Assembly (NCBI GenBank): GCA_951406725.2
Contig: OX597836.1
Span: 7,564,001 to 7,628,000 of the forward strand
DNA: 64,000 bases
Origin: Octopus vulgaris
Taxonomy: Eukaryota
Reading direction: 5' to 3'
The position numbers and the translations under genes were made by a program. Below the pieces are notes generated by a model that did not search any database, was not told the DNA's origin, and saw only the letters and a list, made by a program, of their open reading frames with translations. Positions within the stretch are counted from its first letter, which is position 1; each line of letters opens with the position of its first letter. Shown here piece by piece: positions 13,755 to 28,381 of this stretch.

Positions 13755-14374
13755 TGGTGGTGGCAGCAGGGGTGGAGGTGGTGATGGTGGTGGTGGTGGT
13801 GATGTCGGTAGTGGTAGCAGTGGTAGTGGAGTTAGTGGTGGTGATGGCAGCAGTGGTAGCTGTGGTAGTGGTGGTGGTGATGGTTGTGGTGGCAGCAGTG
13901 GTAGTGGTGGTGGTGATGGTAGTGGTGGCAGCAGTGGTAGTAGTGGCAGCGGAGGTGGTGGTAGTGATGGTAGTGGTGGCAGCAGTGGTAGCAGTGGCAG
14001 CGGAGGTGTTTATGGTGGTGGTGGTGGTGGTGGCAGTGGTAGCAGTGGCAATGGAGGTGGTGATGGTAGTGGTGGTGGTGGTGGTGGCGGCAATGGAGGT
14101 AGTGATGGTAGTGGTGGCAGCAGTGGTAGCAGTGGCAGTGGTGGTGGTGGTGGTGGTGGTAATAAAGCTGTTAGAAAAACTTCATCAAATATATACACCA
14201 CTGCTAGTTGTTGTCATTGTCATCGTTGTCATCACCATCATCTCCATCATTCTCTCTGTTGCTATTATTACTATTACTATCATCATCATCATCAGCGTCA
14301 TCGCTTTCTATATCATCATTAACATTGCTATCATCATCATTACCACCACCATCATCATCACTACCACCACCAGT

Positions 14375-14405
<31 letters not shown>

Positions 14406-14425
14406 CCACCATCATCATCATCATC
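13755..14425. repeat. (GGT/AGT/GGC)n followed by (CAT/CAC)n trinucleotide repeat tract
   Basis: Seen directly in the sequence; it produces spurious Gly/Ser- and Val-rich ORFs. Confidence 0.9.
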
Positions 14426-15124
14426 TAGCGTATTTCTGTCTACCCGATCACTACTACTATACTCTACACTGCTACCCTTATCCCACCCGTCACATGCACA
14501 TAAATCTATCGATCCGTTATATTACTAACAGCACTCAGTAGAATCTCTGTGACTCTTAATATACCAATATGACTGAGAAAACTTCTATGTGGTCACTCAT
14601 CTTGCTAGAAATAGCAACCAAATTATCCGTCAGGTCACACAGAGAAGGACACATGAAATACTGTATAGTCCTCGATACGCCACCCTCTGGAACAACATGA
14701 TGGTCACAATCAGAATGTCTTTTCTCATTGATCTGCTCAGTCAGGACTGACCTGGGGTTAAACATCAACATCAACAGCAGCAACAACAACAACTACACCG
14801 GCATTCATTGAGACCCTCAGGTGTTCTCAGACCCCGCACTGCAGATTTCCTCTGCAAAATCAGGATAACTGTCGGCCCCGTTTGAGAAATGAGCCCCACA
14901 AGGTGGGCTGGTTGCTGCAGCGAGTGTCGCTGGTCATTCTAAGCTGCAATGCCTTTGCAGTCATGTCCAAGAGGCGTGGCTAAACACACCGTTTGGTCTG
15001 GTGCATACGACCCGTTACTCCCTACCCCCCATCTACTGCTTAATACTCCCATCCTTTTTTATTCTCTTTCGTTGTTTCCTTGCTGAGGTAGTTATGGGGT
15101 GGATGTGGGGGTTCGATAATTTAA

Positions 15125-15340
15125 CCCTTTCGTTACCAACCCGGCTGAAACCGGCTTTGGAGTACAAATGTCTTGTTTTCATAAGTTTTGAATTAAAATC
15201 TTCTACCAAACCTTAGTCACAATTTATGTTCCTAACACTAACTGAATGATAACTAAGTTATTTTACTGAATTCTTTGTTATATTTCAAATTAATTGAAAA
15301 AAACATAGAGCATCTCAAAATAAATACGGTAATGAAAGGG
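15125..15340. mobile_element. piggyBac-type MITE
   Basis: TTAA on both sides (15121-15124, 15341-15344); TIRs ccctttcgttacc / ggtaatgaaaggg; related pieces at 36507-36860 and ~59040-59188. Confidence 0.8.
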
Positions 15341-16313
15341 TTAATCATTTATACTTTTAATTTTTTTTATGTTGTCAATGAAATCCCAAAATTGAGGGCG
15401 GTGGGGTGGCAAATCGTAGCAATATTAATTGTTTTCCGTATTAAGTACAAAACCGGCAATTTTGCAGAAGGGGTTCCGATAAAGCTCCAGTGCTTGGGTA
15501 TATTATTTTATTGGTCCCTGAGGAATGAAGGCATAGTTGACCATGGTAGGATTTGAACTCAGACTGTGAGGAGATGAAACTAAAAACCACAAGGCAGTTC
15601 GTGTGATGAATACCTGCCATCAGGAATCTACCATACTTCAGACACCTTGCTGCCTTGGGCATGGACACATTAAAGTTCCAACGTCCGGCAAAACAATCTT
15701 GGGCACTCTTTTGAATCCCATATGTCCAACACACATAGACATGCTTTACAAAATAAAAAAAAAACAACAAAGCCGCGATGACTTTCTGTAACATTTTTTG
15801 GTATTTCCAATTGTTGAAGCATGGAATAAACTACTTGCATCAGTCATTAGTTGTCGGGACACTACATCCTTCTACACTTCCATGCTTCCCGAAATTCACC
15901 AACTGTACGCTTGATGCCCCGCAATACACCTTTTTTTGTTTTTAAACGACTACTTTCTTTGCATTGTTCTGTGTACTGTACATGCACTTTTGGCTAACTT
16001 TTCTGATGAGTTGTAGTGCACCCGAGCACTGTATTATGCAATATGTTCCAAGTACTGGGATCAATGTGATCGATAGTCCCCCTTCCCACAAAAATCCAGG
16101 CTTTGTGCCTATAGAAGAAAAGATTATTATTATTATCATTATTATTGTTATTATTGTTATTATTTCGATCAGTGGAAGGAAGGGCATCCAGCCGTAGAAA
16201 CTCTGCCAGATCAGACTGGGCCTGGTGCAGCCTTCTGGCTTCCCAGACCCCAGTTGAACCGTCCAACCCATGCTAGCATGGAAAGCGGACGCTAAATGAT
16301 GATGATGATGATG

Positions 16314-16351
<38 letters not shown>

Positions 16352-18427
16352 GGCAGCAAGCTGGCAGAATTGTTAGCATGCTACATAGAATGCTTCTGCT
16401 ATAGCCTCGGGCCAACCAAAGCCTTGTGAGTGGGATTTGGTAGATGGAAACTGAAAGAAGCCTGTTGTGTATATATATATGTGTGTGTGTGTGTGTGTTT
16501 CTTTGTGTGTCTGTGTTTGTCCCCCCAGCATCACTTGACAACCGATGTTGGTGTGTTTATGTCCATGTAACTTGGTGGTTTGACAAAAGAGACCGATGGA
16601 ATAAGTACTTGGCTAACAAAGGATAAGTCCAGGGGTTGATTTGTTCAACTAAAGGTGGTGCTCCAGTATGGCCGCAGTCAAATGACTGAAACAAGTAAAA
16701 GAATAAAACAATAAATGGAAAAGTATAATAATAATAATAATAATAATAGTAATAACAACAACAACAACAACAACATTAAGAATAACAAGCATGTTAACAA
16801 CAAATGTAACGTTAAGAATAATGACATTAACACCAACAATGACAGCAACATTAACGAGCTCCCCAGTCATTAATAAGGTATGAAGTGTGTTAAAGAGACT
16901 GTGATAATTAACAAGGAACATTTTACCATTTTTCTGTGATTGGAATCAATAACAGAAACATTCTCCCCTGTGGTCAACTGAAATGCTAGAAATAGCAGCC
17001 AAGTCTCCTCTCCTTCCCTTAATTCACACATTATGTGGTCTTATGTTCTTTGTATGAAGGAAGGGATAATATGGGATGGTCACAACTAGAATGTCTTTAA
17101 TTAAGTGTATTAAACACATTTAGGGATGACATGGTGTTAAACATACATGTATCATCATTATCATCATCATCATCATCATTTAGCGTCCGCTTTCCATGCT
17201 AGCATGGGTTGGATGGTTCAACTGGGGTCTGGGAAGCCAGAAGGCTGCACCAGGCTTAGTCTGATCTGGCAATGTTTCTACGACTGGATGCCCTTCCTAA
17301 TGCCAACCACTCTGTGAGTGTAGTGGGTGCTTTTTACGTGCCACCGGCACAGGTGCCAAACGGGGCTGGCAAACGGCCACAGTTGGATGGTGCTCTTTAC
17401 GTGCCACGGCACAGGGTCCAGGCAAGGCTGGCAATGGCCACGATCGGATGGTGCTTTTTACGTACCACCGGCACGGGGCCAGTCGGGGCGGCACTGGCAA
17501 CGGCCACGATCGGATGGTTCACTTACGTGCCACCGGCACTATATATGTATATGTAGGCGCAGGAGTGGCTGTGTGGTAAATAGCTTGCTTCCCAGCCACA
17601 TGGTTCTGGGTATGTATACTAAAATCGTGAAGCATGTTACATAATAACATGTTATGTAATAACATGTTCCATAATAACAGGCTAATCAGATATGAGATAA
17701 TAACAATTCAAAGTAAATAACTCTGGAAATGGCTTTTGTGTGTTCCCAGAGAATATTACCCTCAGGGGCGCTAGTGTTGGTATATTTGTGAATAAATCAC
17801 TGACCAAAATAATAGGAAAATACTATTTACTTGTTTAAGGGTTGTACTGGATGAATTGTGAAAATAACTCTAACAGTTCAAATACTAAGAAATAAGCATA
17901 CTCAATTTCATTTTTACCAAATAATTTAGGAAAATGAACAGGTTATTTCTCTTGGCTATATATACGAATACCTTCCAGGGGTGAATGGATTATTCCCCTT
18001 GATTTTTAAAATCACACACATAGATACATATTTATATATATGCATGTGTATGTGTGTGTGCGTGTATATATATGCATATGACAGGCTTCCACATAGTTTC
18101 CATCTAACAAATTCACTCACAAGGCTTCCTTTGGCTTGGGGCTATTGTAGAAGTCACCTGTCCAAGGTGCTGCACTGTGGGACTGAACCTATTATTGATG
18201 TTTTTCAACAATCTGAGTATGTATTGAGGTTTCCAGACATGAGTTCTACTCATGTGTCAAGTTTCATCAAAATCAAGAAAATGGTGAAGGAGAAGTTAGC
18301 TAACAACTCCTCAAGCACACCCACAGATAGAATTTTCCACAAATGCAGCAGATATATATTTTGTGAAATTTGATTTAGTATTTCTAAATTGAATTTTTCC
18401 CTGTAAGTCTGGAATAATATTCCCTCA

Positions 18428-18493
<66 letters not shown>

Positions 18494-19494
18494 TACACAC
18501 ACATACATATTCAATATATATGTATATTCAGTCCTCTGCTTTTGACTCTATCTTTATATATTTTAAAATCTATCCAAAGACATCTATTATAGATAATCTG
18601 CGGTTATCTCTATTTCCAGCTCTTTAAGTTTTCATACTTTCTCCATGCATTAATCATCCATTGGATTTTGCCATTCATTTAAGACACATGTCTCTTTCCT
18701 GGTCGTCTTTGATAATAACAGTGGAATGATTTTTCTTAATATCACCATTTGTATGTATTGACATGTCCCACAATATAGTAATTTCATTATTCTCTGAAAT
18801 CCTTTCTGATACATATTCATATCGTTTCTTTCTCTGACCATTCCATAAAGCTGACAGTTTCCATTCTATAGAAGCTTCCAGTTCTGTTGTGTTTCTCTTG
18901 GTTTAGACTGGACTGGCACAAAACAATCTGATTGGTTGTTGCTTTGTTTGGTTAGTTTTGTCTTCTTCGTCTTTTGTTTCTCACTTGTTTTAGGCATTAG
19001 ACTCTGGCCATGTTGGGGCACTGCCTTGAAAAATTTTAATCAAACAAATCGACACCAGAACATATTTTTTTTGTTTAAACCTGGTTCTTATTCTATCAAT
19101 CCCCTTTGCTGAACTACTAAGTTATGGGTGTGTAAATATACCAATACTGGTTGTCTAGTGGTAGTGGGAGTCACACACACACACACACACACACACACAT
19201 GCACACACACATTACAATGGGCTTCATTCAGTTTTCGTCTACCAAATCCATTCACAAGGCTTTGGTCAGCCCAGAGCTTTAGTAGAAGACATCTGCCCAA
19301 GGTTTCATGTTGTGGGACTGAACCCAGAACCATGTGGTTAGGAAGCAAACTCCTTACCACATGGCCATGTCATGTTTCTTTAAATTTTAAGTTCAGAGTT
19401 CAAATCTTGCCAACATCAACTTTGCTATTCATTCTTTTGGGATCTCTAAAATGAATACCTGTCATATACTTGGGATGATTTGACCCACTATATC

Positions 19495-19875
19495 CTTGCT
19501 TCTCACTATCTCTTCTGTCCACCCTATTACTGACCATCACAATTTCTCTTCTGTCCACTGTCCAGTTTATAACTAACCATCACCCCTTCTTTACTGTCCA
19601 CTGTATAACTGACCATCACAATTTCTCTGCTGTCCACTGTCCAGTCTATAATTAACCTTTACTATCCACTGTATAATTGACCAACTCAGCCTCTCTGATG
19701 TCTACCCTATAACTGACCATCACAATTTCTCCTCTGTCCACTGTCCAGTCTATAACTAACCATCACACCTTCTTTACTGTCCACTGTATAATTGACCATC
19801 TCAACCTCTGTGATGTCTACCCTGTAACTGACCATCAGAATTTCTCTGTTGTCCACCTTATAACTGACCATCACT
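19495..19875 (+). repeat. Degenerate minisatellite rich in TAACTGACC/TAACTAACC motifs abutting the splice acceptor at 19906
   Basis: About 10 copies of taactgacc/taactaacc/taattgacc at ~25-45 bp spacing, each followed by pyrimidine-rich sequence. Confidence 0.85.
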
Positions 19876-19923
19876 CTCTCTCTCTCTCTTTCTCTCTGTT
19901 TGCCAGTCTCCACTCAAGACACA

Positions 19924-20035
19924 ATGGACTACATCAGTAAATTCGATATAGAGCTTGATCGAGATATCTATTATGCCGGGGAGAAGCTAACAGGACATAT
20001 TGTTGTACAGAATATTGAAAATCTCAAAGTGCAAG
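19924..20035 (+). CDS. Alpha-arrestin (arrestin domain-containing protein), coding exon 1
   Basis: MDYISKFDIELDRDIYYAGEKLTGHIVVQNIENLKVQG has the arrestin-N start motif (Y.aGe.l.G.v); acceptor tttgccag ends at 19906; donor G|gtaag; phase 1. Confidence 0.93.
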
Positions 20036-20046
20036 GTAAGACATTA

Positions 20047-20085
<39 letters not shown>

Positions 20086-20121
20086 TGTATCACTCTTGCT
20101 CTCTCTTTTTTTTCTCGCCCT

Positions 20122-20420
20122 TTTCAAGCCTAGCCAGGCTCATGGGCCCGGTTTCCCGGTTTCTGTGGCATATGTGTTCCCCCCCCCAGCTGGATGGGGT
20201 GCCAGTTCATCGCAGCGTTACTCAAGAAACAGGAAGAGAGAGTGAGAGAAAGTTGTAGCGAAAGAGTACAACAGGGTTCACCACCACTCCTTGCTGGATC
20301 CTCGTGGAGCTTTTAGGTGTTTTCGCTCAATAAACGCACACAGCGTCCGGTCTGGGAATCGAAACCACAATCCTCCGACCGCGAGACCGCTGCCCTAACC
20401 ACTGGGTCATTGCACCTCCA
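20122..20420 (-). mobile_element. tRNA-derived SINE, family B
   Basis: Minus-strand head ggaggtgcaatgacccagtggttaggg...ggtttcgattccc; related copies at ~50070-50259 (-) and ~42376-42655 (+). Confidence 0.75.
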
Positions 20421-22299
20421 CCTTTCTCTCTCTACCTCTCTAAATATTTCTCTGACTCTCAGTCTGTTTCTCTTCTGTCTTTTGCTTTGTATCTGCCTCT
20501 CTCTATTTATCTCTGTATCTCCTTCTTTCCTCTCTCTCTCTCTCCCTCTCTCTATCTGTCTATCTAACTATCTATTTACCTGTCTGTCTCTCTGCCTGTT
20601 CGTCTATCTACTTATCTATCTATCTATCTATCTCCCTCACTCTCTCACACACAAATTCATACACCCACCAACACCCACAAATCTTTTATTGTCAATACCC
20701 TCAAAGTAAACCCTCAAAGATGCCAAAAGTTCTTGAACTTCACTGTCCACTTATGAAACCCCACATGGTTGCTTGAGCTGCAAGAAATAGAAGCTAAATC
20801 TCCCTTATATCACATGCTACTGTCTTAATAAAGATCAATATTATCCTAGCTAAAACATATATCTATAAAAAAACGGTGGAATGGGCATGGCTGGAAGACA
20901 TTTGGTCATAGATCTATTCAGTCATTAATCACAGCTGAGCTGTGACTAAGCTACAACAACATAAATGACAGCACTAAGAAACCATCTAGAAGAACCTTAA
21001 TGACATTATACAAAGTGTTAGAAATAGCACCTAATTCTTTCTCAAACCCCAACCCCACTGTGTAGGGCCAATTTGGGGGTGGTGTCGGAATTGACAAAAT
21101 GCTTGCCATTTTCTATATCCTTTTTCTGTATATATGTTACACCAAATTACTACTAATAATTAAGACATTAACGAGATTATAACCTACCAACGACGCTGTG
21201 TAAGTGGTTCAATAAAACATATATTTTATGTAATAACACAACAAAGTGTTGCACAGCTGTACACTGTAATATATGTTCACTAATTATCGTGAAATATAAT
21301 TAAAATACAATTATGAAGCAAGCAAAGTAAAAGAAAATAAACGAGTATTTTACCAATTTAAAGTAATTAACTTACTTACGAAATGTCATCAATGACAAGA
21401 GTCATTATGATTTCCACAAATAACCAGACATGATTTAATTTTGGGGGAGCTCGAAATAGCTCTTGTGACAGATGTCATTTGTAGATATGTGGTGTCGCAA
21501 TTGCCACGATGTGTGACATATGGCACAAGGTTTCTGTAGAAAGACTGCAGGTTGTTCTTTTCATTTCTACTTGTTTCAGTCATTAGGCTGCGGTCATGCT
21601 GGGGCAGTGCTTTGAAGAATTTTTGTTGAACGAATCGAACCTGATACCTTTTTTTTTTCCATTTCTTTTTTTGTTTTAAGTCTTGTACTTCCTTTGTTGG
21701 TCTCTTTTGCCAAACTGCTATGTTGTGGGGATGTAAACACACCAGCACCGGTTGTCAAGCTGTTATGGAACACACACACATACTCACACTCACACACACA
21801 CACATACACTCACACACACGTATCTTTTATCGTTTGCTTGTTTCCGTCAGTAAGCTGTGGCCATGCTGGGGCACAATCTTGAAGAATTTTAGTCAAATTA
21901 ATTGATCTCAGTACTCATCATTTTCTATTTTAAGTCTGACTGACAGGTAGGCAGGCAGGTAGATAGGCAGGCAGGTAGGTAGGCAGGTAGATAGATAGAT
22001 ATCTGTGTGTCTCTTTGTGTTTGTCCACTTCCATTGCTTGACAAATGATGTTGGTGTGTTTACATTCCTGTAACTTAGCGGTTTGGCAAAAAGAGACTGA
22101 CAGAATAGGTTCTGTGAAGTATTATTATTATTCAGGGTACTATAGACTCCAGATACACTGTGCTTGATTAAAAGTAGGGATGGTCGTGGCTGGTGAGTCT
22201 TTATAGGTTTGTGCGATCAAGACTGTTCTGGGACTAAACAACATTGACACAAAGGTTCACCTTAGCTTAATTCGGAAAAGTACACAACACATGCATGCA

Positions 22300-23052
22300 A
22301 TTCACACACACACACATAATGCACACAAACAACATTCACACACACACACACACACTCACAACATATATACACACAGACAAAATGTACAAGCATATACGCA
22401 CATAACATTTAAATACATATATATGTGCACACACACACACAACATTTGAATACACATGTAATATATATTTATATACACACACGTGTGCACACATGCACAC
22501 AGCATATGCACATGTACAAATATACACAGATACACACTGTAAAATGGACAAGCATGCACATACACACACAATATCTACATACACACATACAATATGTACA
22601 TTCTCACATGCACACAAAACACACACACATACTCATGCAACACACACGCACACACAAACTAAGCACACACACACACAATATCTACATACACATATACAAT
22701 ATGTACATTCACATGTACACGCAAAACACACACACAAACACACATACACATATATATGCAATATATACACACATACTCATACAACACACAAACTATGCAC
22801 ACACACAGTATCTACATACACACATACAATATGTACATGCACACAAAACACACACAAGCACATGCACACACACATATATACACACACACACAAACACACA
22901 TGCACCCACACACACTTATACAACACACACACACAATAGCTACATACACACATACAATATGTACATTCACACACACAAATACACATGCACACACACACTC
23001 ATACAACACACACACACACACACACACAACACACACACACACACACACACAC
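22300..23052. repeat. Degenerate (CA)n-rich satellite with an internal ~110-130 bp higher-order unit
   Basis: The motif atctacatacacacatacaatatgtaca recurs near 22571, 22680, 22810 and 22938. Confidence 0.85.
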
Positions 23053-23555
23053 CAAATGCTATGTCAACACCAAAAGTATCAGGCATTCTGTGACTATTTT
23101 ATCTAAAGTTCTTCACATATTTGGCAAGTCTTTTAAGTTGGCGCCATTCTTCTGACTTGGCACCGTTATTCTGATTCTCTGTAGGGGTGGGACAGGGTGG
23201 AGTATATTTTTATTCTTCAACAATTATTTTCAATATCTGATGCCAATGGTGGAGAGATTGAAGTGCCGTTTCGCATCTTCTCCCTCCTCCCCCATCTCCT
23301 CCACCTCCTGCTGTTGCTCACCTGCTTCTTATGCTTTTACTGTTTACACATATGTAGCGTGTGTGTATGCGTGTGTGTATGTATGCATGCGTGTGTGTGT
23401 GTGTATATATGTGTGTGTATATATATATACATATATATATACATACATACATATATGCATATCTATAGATATATAGATATATATATACACACACATGCAC
23501 ACACATATATGTATGTATGCTTGTATATTTGTATATGTGTATGTCCATGTGTGCG

Positions 23556-23594
<39 letters not shown>

Positions 23595-23634
23595 TATATA
23601 GATGTATGTATATATATATATATATATGTGTATG

Positions 23635-23728
<94 letters not shown>

Positions 23729-24728
23729 TCATGTATGTATATATATATAAATGTGTATATATATATATATGTGTGTGTGTGTATATAATATGATATAGAT
23801 AGGTAGATAGACAGGCAGATAGAGATATGCATAAGTTTGGATAAACTCATGAACCTCGGCAGTCCTAATTTAATTCATCTAAACAAAATATCATATTTAA
23901 TCACTGGGAGTGCATTGCATCTCAACAAGTAACTGGTGCTATGACTTTACACTAAAGAGAATTAAACTGATGAAAAGAACAGGCCTCATATATTCCACCT
24001 GGAGAAACTTGAGACCATTAACAACAAGCTAGTGGAGGTGCATGGCTTATTGGTTAGGCTGTTGGATGCATGACTGTTAGATTGCAGTTTCTATTCTTGG
24101 ATCGGGTGATGCATTATGTTCTTGAGCAAAACACTTCACTTCACATTGCTCTAGTCCACTCACCTGGCAAAAATGAGTAATCTAGAGAGGGACTGGCATC
24201 CCTTCCAGGTGAGGAATTCATACACCATGAAAACCCTTATGAGTCAAGAAGGTAACCTTTACCTTTTTTTATTAACAACAAGTTACCATTATTTATATTA
24301 TTTGCATTTGACGGATATTTGTCCTCATCTTGTTTGTTGTTAGCACAACGTTTCAGTTGATATACCCTCCAGTCATGTGGGAAAAATCTAGATTTACCAT
24401 GTGGGAAAAATCTAGATTTTTCAGTAACTGTTCATCTGATTAGTCACTAGTGAACTAAAAGCCCTCACATGTTAGTTACACCAGCAACTTGCAAACCAAA
24501 GACCCACCCCCCTACCTTATAGGGTGGGAGATAAGTATTGAGGGAGGTGGCTTTTGTGCTATTTGGTGAGAAGTTAAAAGAATAATAGAGGGATAGAGAT
24601 AAAAGTCTTGCTGTAGAAGAGATACAAGGGCACCCCCATTTGGAGAAGAAGGAATATTGAAGGGGTTTTTTTTTAGTTCTAGGGTTCATTAAGGTTGGTT
24701 AGCTGGTTTCTGTGGTGTATAAAGTGAC

Positions 24729-24820
<92 letters not shown>

Positions 24821-25778
24821 TTGCAAAGGTATAAACCGCAAAAACATTTACACACTACAAACAATCTTTCCCAAAAATCTGTCAAGAAAATCTTGCTTCA
24901 TGTGTGTGTGTTTGCGTGTGTGTGTTTGCATTGTGTTTGCGTATGTGTGTTTGCGTGTGTGTGTGTTTGCGTGTGTGTGTGTGTGTGTATGTATGTGTTT
25001 GTGTGAGTGTGTTTGCATGTGTTTGTATGTGTGTGTGTACTATATATAAAAGTATTTAGTGCTTTTAAACATTTGACCATTGTGGTTAAACAGAATGCAA
25101 TAGAATGTTCCGCTGAAGATCCAGTGGCATCCAAACGCAATTACAACATCCAGTGCTGAGTTCCAAATAACTGCAATGATTAAACGTACAAAGGTGCTAA
25201 ATATTTTCTGGAAGCTAACTGGATAATGGACATCTACATGGATCTCTAACTCGCATAGTAGCAGTCACACACCTAACTGTGCACTCAAAATAAGTGGGTG
25301 TGTATGTGTACATGTTTGTCATCATCATCATCGTCATCAAACGTCCATTGTCCATGCAGGCATGGGTTGGACAGTTTGACCGGAGCTGGTACGGCTGGGA
25401 AGCTGCACCAGACTCCTGTCTGATTTGGGATGGTTTTCTACAGCTGGATGCCCTTCCTAATGCCAACCATTTTACAGAGTGTGTTGCTGTTCACATAACA
25501 GCACCACATGGGTGCTGTTACGTGAAGCTGCACTGCTGCTTTTACAAGGTGCTGCATGGGTGCTTCTATGTGGCACCGCATGGCGCTTTTACATGACACC
25601 ACACAGGTGCTTTTAGATGGAACTGCCATGAGTGCTTTTCACCACCAGAGGAACCAGTTTTAACCCTTCAGTCCCTCTGGTGGTATGTGTGTGTGTGTAT
25701 GTATGTGTGTGTGTATATATATGATATATCAGACAGCTGTACACAATTAGTCTAACCTCACATAATGATAATGATAAT

Positions 25779-26143
25779 AACAAGAGCACTGAGAGAGCAC
25801 AAACCTCCACCAAGGCAACACCAATATCTTCTCAACAATTATACAGAAATGATTCTTTAAAATGAGAATATCTGAAATAAACTCGACTGCTCTCACAAAT
25901 GAAAATACCAAAAATGAACCCAACCGCTCTCAAAAATTAAGTAAAAAAAACTGGAAAAATAATCCAGAATCCTTGTCCAGTACCAGATTGATCCCAAAAC
26001 TTAATTCATGCCAGTCATGAGGCCAAACATCCATGAAAGTTTCATCCGAATCCGTCCAGCAGTTCTTGAGATATTTTGTCCACGGACAAACAAACAAACA
26101 TGACTGAAGACAATACCTCGGCTTTTGCTAAGGCAGAGGTAAT
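25779..26143 (+). mobile_element. HINE/DINE-1-like non-autonomous element (Helentron-associated)
   Basis: 5' aacaagagc...aaacctccaccaagg subterminal motif, (ACAA)n microsatellite and a 3' hairpin acctcggctt-ttgct-aaggcagaggt; a second partial copy lies at 28755-28905. Confidence 0.6.
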
Positions 26144-27484
26144 AATAATAGTAATAATAATAATAATAATAACTGACTTGAAGTATTCAGAATTTCAAGT
26201 ACATCCAACACTCAGTCATGCATGCAATGACAAACAACGGCAGACAGCTGATACAAGCGCTCACCTATTCAGAGTGTAATAGTAATAGCTTTATCGGTTA
26301 ATAAATTAGTGCTTTCCATAACACACTGACATTTCTCCACAGACTCAAGAGACGTTTTAATTACCAAAGCGAATCAATGTATAATTAGATTAAGGCAGCA
26401 CAGCAACAGTAGCTATACACAAATATTCATATATCCATTGTAGGTATGTACATAAGGTCTTGCACTTCGAGGGGAAAAAAAGGGGTATTATCAAATAAAT
26501 CGAACACCCACCTGACCACCACCCCAGTTTAGGATTGGCGAATGGTACATTATTTTAGAAGTCCCTTTCTCTTTTTCCTGCTCTCAGAAGGGTGGATGGC
26601 AAAGTTGACATCTGCAATATTTTTGAACTTGTAACTTGTGTGTGTGTATAGGTATTTTGCTTATGAAGATATCAAGAAATATGTATATATCTATGTGTGT
26701 GTGCCCAAGACATCTATTATAATTTTGTTTGCATTTAGGCTACTTAATATATATGCACACACTCACACACACACACACATATATATATTGATAGATAGAT
26801 AGATAGATATAGATATAATCTATGTATGTATGTGTATGTATACATATGTACATAAGTATGAATATATGCATGTGGTTATGTGTACATACATATATATATA
26901 TATATATATATGCATATATATATTTATTTATATTATACTAAAACTCAAAGTTTGTCTGTTTTCCTGCCATTTGATTAAGATGATAAAGATTACAAATAAA
27001 ATAGTCATTTCCCCCTTTAAGAACAAAAATTGAAATTGAAAATGTGGACACTTCAAAGAGTTGTCACAACCACCCATCGTCTGTCCTTCTTTCCTTACTT
27101 TCTTTTTTGTTCTCTTAATCATTTATACAACTTTTGAGCACCATAGACTGAAAGATAGAAATTCTGCCTATACTTTTATGAGATATTCTCTTAATTATGG
27201 GTGCTTGATATTTTTTTCTTAGGGAAAAATTACTATTTTATTAAAAAGGAAATACTAATCTTTATTATTTTAATCAAAAGTCTGATAAACAAACAGAAAA
27301 ACTATCTCTGTATAGATTAAGATCAGTTGCAGTTGGAGGAGTTGAATCTCATAAGAATGGAAAAACAAACAACAACAAATGGGTTGTACCTTATAAGGAA
27401 ACTCTTTTAAGAGCATTCAAATGCCATTGCAACATTGAAATCATTGCCTCAGTGAGGTAAATTAAGTACAATATCTAGTACACA

Positions 27485-27935
27485 TTGAAAGGAAATGACC
27501 AAGCTAATGATAACAAAATTAGTCTATCTCTAATGGGTAGGTATACTGGACCATCCAAAGCAGTTGCATCCATCTCAGGATTTTCAATTTACGAAAGAGC
27601 ATCTGCAATAGTGGAACTGCAAGTTCATCTACAAGATGAACAAAGAATATTGCTCAGAAATGACGAGGATATATATGGCTGTCAATGAACAACATTGACA
27701 GAATTCTTTTCATTGTGCTCCAATGATGACTTTGCAAAAACATTACCTTAGGCTGAAGTACCCATGTCTTTCACTTGGAACAGTAGGAACAAAGAACAGC
27801 AAAGAAGAAAGTGAAGTAAAAAGAGTTGAAGGCCATTTGAATATTTTCAAAGAAGAAACACTTGGTTGTGTTTATGTTGTCACACCAAAGACAGGAGAAC
27901 TGTATTATTTAAGAAGTTTATTGCATGAAGTTTGA
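27485..27935 (+). mobile_element. Degenerate Helitron Rep/Helicase fragment
   Basis: GRYTGPSKAVASISGFSIYERASAIVELQVHLQDEQRI and TLGCVYVVTPKTGELYYLRSLLHEV match the Helitron motifs RY....EA.WRIF.F.IHER...V..L.VHL and IGR.Y.V.P...E.YYLRLLL; interrupted by stops/frameshifts. Confidence 0.8.
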
Positions 27936-28067
27936 AATAGTATTTCTTCCTTTCATGCCATGCATCAACAATATTTTCACCTTGGAGTGGTTGTGACCCA
28001 ACAGGTCATGGTGGGTACATCTAGTGTATGTGTATATATATATATATATATGTATGTATGCTTATGC

Positions 28068-28127
<60 letters not shown>

Positions 28128-28381
28128 CATGGGTTGGAGAGAGAGAGAGAGAGAGATGCCCTTCCTAATATATATATATATATATATGATGAATTAAGAG
28201 ATAGAACCTCCATAATGTAATTCAATTAATAATGAAAGATATTATCTATACTAAAATATAAATTTAAATATATTATTGTACAAAAATTTCTATACTAAAT
28301 AATACACATTAAAATGATAACACATTGTGTTGAAAATTTCTATACTAAATAATACACCTTAAAAAAATACACATTAAAATT

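Noticed and set aside
13735-14322. 195-aa Gly/Ser-rich, His-tailed ORF resembling a structural or beak protein
   Set aside because: It lies in a degenerate trinucleotide repeat that is open in multiple frames; no signal peptide, splice signals or non-repetitive domain.
20340-20420. tRNA gene candidates (also ~33581, 42376, 50190, 59575)
   Set aside because: A/B boxes are present, but they continue into SINE bodies and lack a full cloverleaf; they are SINE heads.
22425-23093. 222-aa His/Thr-rich ORF
   Set aside because: Degenerate (CA)n satellite.
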